Both the position numbers and the translations under genes were made by a program. The notes beneath the pieces were generated by a model that saw nothing but the letters and a program-made list of their open reading frames with translations, was not told the origin of the DNA and did not search any database. Of a DNA stretch of 64,000 nucleotides, positions 7,453 to 15,752 are shown in pieces. The stretch is from an uncultured Lentisphaeraceae bacterium. GTDB taxonomy: Bacteria; Verrucomicrobiota; Kiritimatiellia; RFP12; UBA1067. Positions within the stretch are counted from its first letter, which is position 1. Each line of letters begins with the position of its first letter. Where the stretch lies: assembly GCA_964579865.1 (NCBI GenBank), contig CAZOIS010000001.1:1084-65083 (forward strand), read 5' to 3'.

Positions 7453-8928
7453 CTATTCATCGCGGTAAGGCTTGTTCTGTTCGAACATGGTGAGCCGCGT
7501 CGTGAGCGCGGCCGCGTGTGTCGTGTCGCCGTTCTGCGTGTAGATCGCGGCGGCCCGGCGGGTGGCGTCGAGCGCCCGGCGGAAAGAACCGTACTCCGCT
7601 TGGGCGGCGCCGAGCACCTCCAGGGCTGTCGCGTCTTTGTCGCGGAGCAGGTCGTTCGCTTTCTCGGCCAGTTTGACGGCCTCTTTGCCGTCCCGCAGTT
7701 CTGGGAACGGCGACGTCGCCAGGATCCACGCCACTTCGCACATCGCGCCGGTGTTCTTGGCGTCCTCGGCCAGGGCGGCCCGGGCAGTCTGCAAGAGTTC
7801 GCGCGATTTGGCCATACGCCCTTGGCGCAACGCCTCTTCGGCCTTTTTCTTGAAGTCCAGACTGATGCCGGCGAGCCGGAATTTGGTCTCGATGTCCACT
7901 TTGTCCACGGCCTTGATGTAGGCGTCTTCAGCGGTGATGATGCCTTTGGCCGCCAGGCGCGTGAGTTCGTCGCTGAAGGTCTGCATGCCCGCCGTTCGGC
8001 CGGTCTGCATCACCGACGGGATCATGTGGGTCTTCGCCTCGCGGATCAGGGCCGAGACCGGCGTGTTGACGACCAGCACTTCGAAGGCGGCGATCCGCCC
8101 GCCCTCGATCTTTTTGCAGAGGGTTTGGGCCACGACGCCTTTGAGCGTATCGGCCAGCATGGAGCGGATCTGGTTCTGCTGTCCGGCCGGGAATTTGTCG
8201 ATCATGCGTTCGACGGTCGACGCCGCGCTGTTGGTGTGCAGGGTCGCGAAGACCAAGTGACCCGTTTCGGCGGTCTCGATGGCGATCTCCATGGTCTCAA
8301 GGTCGCGGATTTCGCCGATGAGCACGATGTCCGGGTCTTCGCGCAGGGCGGCGCGCAGGGCGCGGGCAAAGCTCGTTGTGTCGCGGTGGACCTCGCGCTG
8401 GTTGATGATGCACTGGTGCGGCGTGTGGACGAACTCGATCGGGTCTTCGATCGTGATGATGTGCTCGTTGCGCTGTCGGTTGATGTAGTCGATCATGGCC
8501 GACAGGGTGGTGGACTTGCCGCTGCCGGTCGGGCCGGTGACGATGACGAGGCCTTTTGAAAGCATGCAGAACTCGCGCATGACGTCCGGCAGGTTGAGGT
8601 CCTCGAAGGTCGGGATCCGCTCGGGAATCACGCGCAGGGACGCGCTCCACCCGCACATGTCGCGGTACCCGTTGACGCGGAAACGCGCCGTGCCGGGAAT
8701 TTCGTACGCGCAGTCGGTGTCCCACTCGTGCTCGAGCTGCCCGATGTTCTCCTCCGGCATGATCTCTTTCACGAGGTCGAACACCTGCTGGCTGGAGAGC
8801 GCCGGCTCGCCGGCGATCGGCGAGAGGGTGCCGTGCACGCGGATGTATGGCGTGCGGCCTGCGCAGAGGTGCAGGTCGCTGCCTTCGCCGGAAACCAGCG
8901 GGACGAGAAAGCGGTCAATGGAAGCCAT
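7453..8928 (-). CDS. pilT: PilT-type twitching-motility retraction ATPase with about 140-aa C-terminal TPR-like extension
   Basis: Walker A GPTGSGKSTT, IITIEDPIEF, REDPDIVLIGEIRD, GHLVFATLHT, and the PilT-specific ALIREAKTHMI (AIRNLIRE-like) motif. The protein is 491 aa, against roughly 345 aa for typical PilT proteins as I recall them. The tail (aa about 350-491) has TPR character. Confidence 0.9.
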   Translation of the reverse strand: MASIDRFLVPLVSGEGSDLHLCAGRTPYIRVHGTLSPIAGEPALSSQQVFDLVKEIMPEENIGQLEHEWDTDCAYEIPGTARFRVNGYRDMCGWSASLRVIPERIPTFEDLNLPDVMREFCMLSKGLVIVTGPTGSGKSTTLSAMIDYINRQRNEHIITIEDPIEFVHTPHQCIINQREVHRDTTSFARALRAALREDPDIVLIGEIRDLETMEIAIETAETGHLVFATLHTNSAASTVERMIDKFPAGQQNQIRSMLADTLKGVVAQTLCKKIEGGRIAAFEVLVVNTPVSALIREAKTHMIPSVMQTGRTAGMQTFSDELTRLAAKGIITAEDAYIKAVDKVDIETKFRLAGISLDFKKKAEEALRQGRMAKSRELLQTARAALAEDAKNTGAMCEVAWILATSPFPELRDGKEAVKLAEKANDLLRDKDATALEVLGAAQAEYGSFRRALDATRRAAAIYTQNGDTTHAAALTTRLTMFEQNKPYRDE

Positions 8929-8962
8929 GGCTCTGTTCCTTTGGCGTTAGCGGATCATGCGG

Positions 8963-11900
8963 CTAGGGGTTTTTCACGCGGAAGAAGCCTTGCTTGGCCT
9001 GCGCGGGGATCTCGGCTCTCAGCAGGATCTGGCGGCGTCCGTCCAGGGTGGTGCCGAGGATCTCGCGGTAGACGACCGGCAAGGTCTGCCAGTCAGCCGC
9101 CGAACCGGTCAGCGAGGGGGTCCACTCCAAGGTGTAGTCGACCTGGAGATAGCCCTCCACCATGAGCGCGACGGATCCGCCTGTCGCGGCGGCGTCGCCC
9201 GCCGCGCTGCTGACGCTGCGGCTCGCCATGACCGCCGGCGTGATCGACAGCGCCGTGACGCGCGCCTGCGCCGAAGCCGGCGGGGTCGGCAAGGTCGACG
9301 CCAGCACGAAGAGGGCGCCCAGCTTCACGTCCCGTTCGGGCATCAAGAAGGTGACGATCGGGCCGCTGTTTGTCAGGACATAGACATCGCCGACCCAGCC
9401 GACGAAGACATAGCCGTCGCCCGGAGCTCGGGCTTCCACGGTCAGCGCCGTCCCCTGCGGGTAGATCATGCGGTCGCGCGCCTCTTCGATGACGTCGGGC
9501 AGTCCGGCGAAGATCGAGGGGATCACATAGACCGTGTTCGTCGCGTCTGAGAGCGTGAGCTTGGAGGTCGGTGTCCAGAACCCGTCGCGCATCCAGGCGC
9601 AGTCCTTGAAGACGCTCACGTCGATGTCTTTCGTGTAGTCGAACAGGAAGTCGTGCCGCGTCTTCCGGGCGGTCTCGCGGTCGGATAACCCGTTCTTCAC
9701 CACGACCGAAGCGGTGGACCAGCTCTCCTCTTTGCCGGAAATCCAGCATTCGGGCTTGTCGTCCACCTCGCCCTTGTAATCCAGCCAGAAGTCCAGACGG
9801 TCGGCCACCGCTTCGCTGCAGGAGGCCCACTGCCACATCAGGATGCCCGTGCCGAAATTGGTCACGCTGAGCTTGGCGTGCTGGCTGTTGTTGACGTAGC
9901 CGAACTGGCCGAAGCGGATCGCGCTGTTGCCGCCCGGCGCGTCGTTGACCCACGTCACGCCGCCGTCCTCGCCGTCGAACGTCGCGATCGAGGACTCGCC
10001 GTTGACGTCCGGGACGTCCGGGGCGCAGCCCGTCGCGTCGACCATCGCCTGCGGGATCCAGATCAGACGGTCGAGCGTGATGGTGTTGTCGCGGACGAAA
10101 TAGCTGCCGTCGCGCTGGAAGCGCAGCGAGATCGAGGTGGCGCCCGAGACGAAGTTCGTCATCGCCTTCCACGCGTTGTTTTTGCCGGAGACGGCGCCGA
10201 CGAGCGTGGTGCCGTTGACGATGACTTCGATCTCGTCATACGCGGTTTCCGCGTTGCCCTTCCACCAGAACAGCAGCACGCCGTCGCCAGTGAAGTTTGT
10301 CGTGGTCAGCTCCACGTATTGTCCCGCGCCGACCGAAGGGCCGCCGAATTTGACGACGGGGTCGTCGTAGCGGACGCCGCCGTTGGACTCGGCCACGATG
10401 CCGGTCGGGGAGAACGCCGCGATGTCGAGTTTCTGACCGGCGATGGTGAGCGCGCCCGCCAGTTTCTCGGCGGCGGTTTGCGGACGGTAGACGGCGGTCA
10501 CGGTGACGCTGTTGGAGGGCATCGTGAAGGTCGTGATGGCCGCATTGGTGTTGGCAAAGGCCGCGCCGTTGGTCGAGACCCAATAGTTGAAGGTCTGCCA
10601 CAGCGGCGCCGCGTCGGCGATGATGCGCACTTCCGCGCCGGCGGGGTAAGCGCCTTCGGGCTCGCCCGTGCTCTCGTGGACCGCGTTCGGCCAGGCGCCG
10701 CCGTCGCGGCCGTTGATCATGGTCACGGTGAGGGTTTGCTGCCGGTAGAGCGCCCGCACGGTGATGTCGCGCGACGGCATCACCAGACTGGTGGCGGCGG
10801 CGTCCGGCTCGGCGAGCGTCTCCATGTCGCCGTCCCACTGGTCGAACTCCATGCCCGCCGGTGCCGGGTCGGCGGCGATGGCCACGGTTGAGCCGACTGC
10901 GTAAGTGCCGCTGCCTGAACCGTTCTGCACCGTGAGCGCGTAGGCGAACTGCGTCCAGGTGACGCTGTCGACCCAGCCGCAGTCGGAACCGACCTGAGCG
11001 GCGGAATCGTCCTTCGCGTAGATCCACTGCACGGCGTGTTCGGCGACGGAGAGCAGGTTGGTCTCGAACAGGAGCCAGCCGGATTTGTTGCCGCTGATGC
11101 GCGCGGCCTCGGCCCCGTCGATCATGAGTATCAGGAAATCATGATCCCGCTCAGAGGAGGTGCGCCAGTGGAAGGAGAGCTTGCCGCTGCCGGAATAGAC
11201 GGTGCCCAGCGTGACGGACGCGCTGTTGGAGACCGTGCCGTCGCCGCCGAGGCGGACCGCGAGGTTGCTGACCGCGCCTGCGGGCGGGGCGGCGTCAAGC
11301 AACACCGCATCGAACCCGTCCGGCGCGAAGAGGGTCTTCCCGGGCGTGCCCAGCTCGGCCGCCAGCGCGTCGGGGATCCAGAGGACCTTGCCGATCGTGG
11401 CGGTGTCGCTGCCCGCGCGGTCGCTGACGTCTTTCACGTACGACCATTGAAGCGTGTGCGGTCCGTCGCCGGCGACGAAGTTGGTCAGCACGCCGGACTG
11501 GGTGCCGCTGGCCGAGAAAACGTTCGTGCCGTCGACCGAGAAGCGGAAGAAGTCGTAGTCTTTCTCGCTGTTGACCTGCCACGGGAAGATCACGGTTCCG
11601 GCGTTGGTGTAGACCGTCGTGAAGAAGGCCGTCTGGTTGTCGCCGATCGGGCCGAGGGTCACGTGGTCGAGCCCGATGTTGGCGGCGGTGAGGTTGCCGA
11701 AGGTGACGGGCGGAGGAACGCCGAGCACCTGCTGGATCAGCTCATCCACGGGCACGGCGGTGAAGGTCGCGGTGACCGTGATGTTGCTGGGGCCCATCAG
11801 CACGGTGGTGGCGCTGGCCAGCGGGTCCGCGACGGTCGAGATGTCGCCGGTCCATCCGTCGAAGGTGTACCACAGGGCCGGGAGGTTCGCCGCGATGGCC

Positions 11901-14900
11901 ACGGTTGTTCCGCTGACGTACGACCCGCTGCCGGAGCCGTCCTCGACGGTCAGCGTGTAGTGCGGCACCGGCGGCGCGTTGGTGGTGTAGGTCGCGGTCA
12001 AGGCAAGGTCGTAAGCCGGCATCTGGAAGGTCGGGTGGAAATTCGTGATCCCCGCGCCGAGAACCGCGAGCGCGTTGGTGCCGGTCCAGCGGTCGAAGTA
12101 ATAGCCCGCCGCCGGCGGATCCGCGAGGATCGTCACGGCCGAGTTGGCGGCGAAGTAGCCCTCCTGACCGCCGCTGCCGCTGAGGATCGTGCCCTGGGTC
12201 AGGGTCAGCTTGTGGGTGGAGGTCCAGACCACGTTGCGCAGCCAGCCGCAATCCTCGAACATGCTGACGTCGTTATCCTTCTGATAGCGGAAGCTGCAGA
12301 TGTTCATCGTCGTGTCTTTTCCAGCGAGCAGCTCGGGCGTGACGGCGAACGACGAACTGTACCATGAGCCGTCGAGCTTGCCGCTGATCCAGTTGGTCTT
12401 GGCGCCGTCGATGTAGAAGCCGAGCGTGTCGTAGGCGCCCTCGCTCCGGGCCGTCCATTCCCACGTGAGGACGCCGGTGCCGAAGTTGGTGAAGGCGACC
12501 TGCGCGCAGAGGTTGTTGGTGACGTAGCCGAAGCGGCCGAGGCGGATGGCGTCGCCGCCGCCGGGCGCGTCGTGCACCCAGGCCACGCCGCCGTCCTCGC
12601 CCTCGAAATCGTTCTCCTCTTTGTCGCGGTCGCGTCCCAGGAAGAGCGGGTCATATTCGGCGTTGATGTTCGGGATGCAGGCGCCGGCGCCGAGTTCGTC
12701 GACCATGTCTTGCGGAATCCAGGTGACGCGGTCGAGCAGCAGGATGTTCTGGTGCACGTAGTAGGTGTCGTCGCGCGTGTAGCGCCAGGTGAGGTTCGAG
12801 ACGTTGGAGAGCCGGGCGTATCCGCACCACCATATTTTCGTGCTGTCGACGGTGTTGGTGTCCTTCATCGAGAAGACGGCCGAGTACGGGAAGCCGTTCA
12901 CTTCCAACTGGACGCCGTCGACGTCCTCCTCGGTGTCGCCGTGCCACCAGAACATCAGAATGCCGCTGCCGGTGAAGTTCGTGGTCGAGAGATACACGTT
13001 CTGGCCGGGGCCGACCGAGGGCCCGCCCATCTGGACGACCGGATCGTTGTAGCGGATGCCGCCCGTGGCTACGGCGACGACGCCGGTGGGCGAGAAATCG
13101 GTCACGGCGAGCGGCTGCCCGCGGATGGTGAAGGCGCTCGCCAGCTTTTCCGCCGCGGTCTGCGTCCGGTAGGTGGCGGTGACGGTGACGTCGTTGCCCG
13201 GCATCGTGAACATCGTGACGTCGGCGTCCGCGTCCGCGAAAACAGCGCCGTTGGTGGAGACCCAGCCGTCAAAGGTCTGCCCGAACGGGGCCGGGTCGGC
13301 GACGATGCGCACGAGCGCGCCGGGCGGATAGTCGCCCTCGGGCTCGCCGGTGCTCTCGTGGACGGGGTTGGGCCAGGCGCCCGCGTCGCGACCGTTGACG
13401 ACCGTGACGTTCATGGTCAGGACCTTGTAGAGGGCGCGGACCGTGATGTCCTTGCCGGGCATGACCAAGGTGGTGGCGGCGGCGAGCAGATTCGAAACCG
13501 TGTCGGTGTCGCCGCTCCAGCTGTCGAATTCCATGCCCGCGGCGGGCGCATCGGCCGTGATGCCCACGGTCTGGCCGGCCGGATACGTGCCGCTGCCGGA
13601 GCCGTTCTCCACGACCAGCGTGTAGGTGAAGAGCGACCACGCCGCGTTGTCGATCCACACGGCGTCGGCGCCGTTGAAGCCCGAGGCGTTCTTGGCATAG
13701 GACCAGCGGACAACGTGGGCGCCCGTGGTCATCAGGTTGGTGGCGAAGGAGACCCAGCCGGTCGCTTTGCCGCTCAGGCGCGCCGCTTCGACGCCGTCGA
13801 TCGTGCAGACCGCGACGTCCGAGAGCTGGTTCGAGGTGCACCAGTTGAAGGTGAACAGGCCCGAGCCGTTGAGCACGACCTCGACGCTGTTGGTGGTGCC
13901 GTCGGCGAAATAGGGGATGCCGTTGCCGTCCAGCCCGCCCAGTTTGACGGCCGCGCCGTCCACCGCGCCTGCGGGCGCGGCGGTATCGAGGAAGCAGGCC
14001 TCAAAGCCGTAGGGGAAGGGCAGGGGATCGCCTGGGCGGCCGTCGGGGAAGTTGATCGGCTGGCCGGGGACGCCGAGTTCGGCGGCGAGCGGCTCGGGAA
14101 TCCACGTGACCGCGCCGACCCAGCCGGCGTCTTCCAGATCGTATCCGGCGCTGTCCTTGCTGTATTCCCAGCGGATCGTGTGCGCGCCGGCGCCGGCGAC
14201 GTACTGCGTGACGACGCAGGTCGGGACGTTGCCGGAAATGGCGTTCGTCTCGACGCCGTCGATGATGAGCGCCAAGCGGTCGCAGCCCGCCTCGCTGCTG
14301 ACGCGCCACGGGAAGAGCAGCGTGCCCGCGTTGGTGTAGACGCAGGAGAGGAAGGCGGTCTGACCGTCACCGATCCCGCCGAGCCTGACCTCGGGGACGC
14401 TGGGGTCGACGTCGGGGAAGTCGATGTTGTCAAACGTGACGGGCAGGGGAATTCCGAGGATCCGGCTCAGGTACTCGTCCAGCGACAGCGCCTGATAGGT
14501 GGCCGTGACGGTGATGTTGTGGTCGGGCATGACGAGCGTCGTGTTGGTGGCGGAGGTGTTCGCCACGGTGGCGGTGTCGCCGATCCAGCCGTTGAAGACG
14601 ATCCACGCGTTCGTGGGGTTCGCGCCGATGGCGACCACCGTGCCGTTCGAATAGCTGCCGCTGCCGCTGCCGTTGACCACGGTCAGGTCGTTGATCGACT
14701 TCGCGCGCTCGTAGGCGCCCATGTCGACGATGGACCCCTGAATGCGCGCGCCGCCCGCGGCGTCGCGGGGCCCGTACGCATACGCGTTGTTGCCGGCATT
14801 GATGCAGGGCGAGGTGTCCGACAGCAGGAAGGTGCCGGCCTTGAAAAGCGGATCGGTGATGAGGTTGTTGCCGCCGTCGCGGGTCTCGAGGTAGTCGTTG

Positions 14901-15670
14901 AGGCCGGGGGCGGGGGAGGTGCACGACGAGATGAAGTACGATTTGTCGATGCTATGGATGTCGGACGGATAGTTCTCGTCATTCTGCGCGCCGTTGAACA
15001 TCACGATCGAGTTGCGAACGTGGCAGCTGAAGACGCCGGCGCCGCTGGTGGTGTTGACGAAATTGCTGACGACCGTGCAGTTGTTGAGGGTGGCCCAGTG
15101 GGCGCCGCCGCCGCGGTAGGCGCCGCACTCGGTGATGATGCAGTTGTTGACCTGCGGTGTCCGGTTGCCGTCGGGCGCATAGACGCCGCCGCCGTTTTTC
15201 ACCGGATTGGCCATGTCGCTGTCGCCGACGGAGGCCGCCGCGTTCGCATACCCGTATCTGAGCGTGAAGCCGTCAAGAATGCCGTCGCTCATGTAGACGC
15301 AGCGGACGCAGCCGGCGCCGAAGCGCTGGGGCGGATTCGAGAAGTCCGGTGTGCCTTCGATGACGGTTGTTGCCGCGCCGTCGGTGCTGCGCACCAGGAT
15401 GGCCTTGGTGATCACGACGCGGGAATACCCAGAGGCGGGCAAACTGGTGTGGGTTCCTGTCGCGTAGGTGCCGGGGGCGACCAGGACGGTGTCGCCGGCC
15501 GCGGCGGCGTTGACGCCGCGCTGGATGGTCAAGAACGGATCGGTGTCGGACCCCGTGGCCGTGTCGCTGCCGGAGGGCGCGACGTAGTAAGTTGCGGCTT
15601 GCAGTGCGGAGGCCATGAGGGCAAGCGCAACAGGGGCAACGCACCGTACGCGTTTGAGAAATGTTTTCAT
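8963..15670 (-). CDS. giant secreted protein (2,235 aa): N-terminal right-handed beta-helix, 8 InlB-B-type repeats alternating with about 130-aa beta-sandwich modules, C-terminal GFFRV domain
   Basis: AAGGAG 6 nt upstream of ATG 15670. Signal peptide MKTFLKRVRCVAPVALALMASALQA. DUF1565-like cap YYVAPSGSDTATGSDTDPFLTIQRGVNAAAAGDTVLVAPGTY. Repeats follow the pattern NGSGSG.Y..G..V.I.A.P..G..F..W.GD. One frame is uninterrupted over 6.7 kb. Confidence 0.9.
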   Translation of the reverse strand: MKTFLKRVRCVAPVALALMASALQAATYYVAPSGSDTATGSDTDPFLTIQRGVNAAAAGDTVLVAPGTYATGTHTSLPASGYSRVVITKAILVRSTDGAATTVIEGTPDFSNPPQRFGAGCVRCVYMSDGILDGFTLRYGYANAAASVGDSDMANPVKNGGGVYAPDGNRTPQVNNCIITECGAYRGGGAHWATLNNCTVVSNFVNTTSGAGVFSCHVRNSIVMFNGAQNDENYPSDIHSIDKSYFISSCTSPAPGLNDYLETRDGGNNLITDPLFKAGTFLLSDTSPCINAGNNAYAYGPRDAAGGARIQGSIVDMGAYERAKSINDLTVVNGSGSGSYSNGTVVAIGANPTNAWIVFNGWIGDTATVANTSATNTTLVMPDHNITVTATYQALSLDEYLSRILGIPLPVTFDNIDFPDVDPSVPEVRLGGIGDGQTAFLSCVYTNAGTLLFPWRVSSEAGCDRLALIIDGVETNAISGNVPTCVVTQYVAGAGAHTIRWEYSKDSAGYDLEDAGWVGAVTWIPEPLAAELGVPGQPINFPDGRPGDPLPFPYGFEACFLDTAAPAGAVDGAAVKLGGLDGNGIPYFADGTTNSVEVVLNGSGLFTFNWCTSNQLSDVAVCTIDGVEAARLSGKATGWVSFATNLMTTGAHVVRWSYAKNASGFNGADAVWIDNAAWSLFTYTLVVENGSGSGTYPAGQTVGITADAPAAGMEFDSWSGDTDTVSNLLAAATTLVMPGKDITVRALYKVLTMNVTVVNGRDAGAWPNPVHESTGEPEGDYPPGALVRIVADPAPFGQTFDGWVSTNGAVFADADADVTMFTMPGNDVTVTATYRTQTAAEKLASAFTIRGQPLAVTDFSPTGVVAVATGGIRYNDPVVQMGGPSVGPGQNVYLSTTNFTGSGILMFWWHGDTEEDVDGVQLEVNGFPYSAVFSMKDTNTVDSTKIWWCGYARLSNVSNLTWRYTRDDTYYVHQNILLLDRVTWIPQDMVDELGAGACIPNINAEYDPLFLGRDRDKEENDFEGEDGGVAWVHDAPGGGDAIRLGRFGYVTNNLCAQVAFTNFGTGVLTWEWTARSEGAYDTLGFYIDGAKTNWISGKLDGSWYSSSFAVTPELLAGKDTTMNICSFRYQKDNDVSMFEDCGWLRNVVWTSTHKLTLTQGTILSGSGGQEGYFAANSAVTILADPPAAGYYFDRWTGTNALAVLGAGITNFHPTFQMPAYDLALTATYTTNAPPVPHYTLTVEDGSGSGSYVSGTTVAIAANLPALWYTFDGWTGDISTVADPLASATTVLMGPSNITVTATFTAVPVDELIQQVLGVPPPVTFGNLTAANIGLDHVTLGPIGDNQTAFFTTVYTNAGTVIFPWQVNSEKDYDFFRFSVDGTNVFSASGTQSGVLTNFVAGDGPHTLQWSYVKDVSDRAGSDTATIGKVLWIPDALAAELGTPGKTLFAPDGFDAVLLDAAPPAGAVSNLAVRLGGDGTVSNSASVTLGTVYSGSGKLSFHWRTSSERDHDFLILMIDGAEAARISGNKSGWLLFETNLLSVAEHAVQWIYAKDDSAAQVGSDCGWVDSVTWTQFAYALTVQNGSGSGTYAVGSTVAIAADPAPAGMEFDQWDGDMETLAEPDAAATSLVMPSRDITVRALYRQQTLTVTMINGRDGGAWPNAVHESTGEPEGAYPAGAEVRIIADAAPLWQTFNYWVSTNGAAFANTNAAITTFTMPSNSVTVTAVYRPQTAAEKLAGALTIAGQKLDIAAFSPTGIVAESNGGVRYDDPVVKFGGPSVGAGQYVELTTTNFTGDGVLLFWWKGNAETAYDEIEVIVNGTTLVGAVSGKNNAWKAMTNFVSGATSISLRFQRDGSYFVRDNTITLDRLIWIPQAMVDATGCAPDVPDVNGESSIATFDGEDGGVTWVNDAPGGNSAIRFGQFGYVNNSQHAKLSVTNFGTGILMWQWASCSEAVADRLDFWLDYKGEVDDKPECWISGKEESWSTASVVVKNGLSDRETARKTRHDFLFDYTKDIDVSVFKDCAWMRDGFWTPTSKLTLSDATNTVYVIPSIFAGLPDVIEEARDRMIYPQGTALTVEARAPGDGYVFVGWVGDVYVLTNSGPIVTFLMPERDVKLGALFVLASTLPTPPASAQARVTALSITPAVMASRSVSSAAGDAAATGGSVALMVEGYLQVDYTLEWTPSLTGSAADWQTLPVVYREILGTTLDGRRQILLRAEIPAQAKQGFFRVKNP
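9326..14686 (-). repeat. tandem duplication of an about 880-910-aa, eight-domain super-module inside the giant gene
   Basis: aa 329-1237 align colinearly with aa 1238-2115. Examples: LTVVNGSGSGSYSNGTVVAIGANP / LTVEDGSGSGSYVSGTTVAIAANL; NGRDAGAWPNPVHESTGEPEGDYPPGA / NGRDGGAWPNAVHESTGEPEGAYPAGA; TAAEKLASAFTIRGQPL / TAAEKLAGALTIAGQKL; EGEDGGVAWVHDAPGG / DGEDGGVTWVNDAPGG. Confidence 0.85.
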
Positions 15671-15752
15671 GATTACTCCTTGTCAGACATCATGCGGGCG
15701 CGCAATGACGCGCCTGCATGACGGCCGATCCCATGACGGTGGAAAGCGTTCA

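Noticed and set aside
12572-15721. 1,049-aa ORF on the plus strand (plus similar ones at 9878..10891 and 11036..12367) opposite the giant gene
   Set aside because: Fully antisense to a gene with a signal peptide, SD and recognisable repeats. The translation is Arg/Gly/Ala/Asp/Val-rich with no motifs. Long stop-free antisense frames are expected in DNA this GC-rich.
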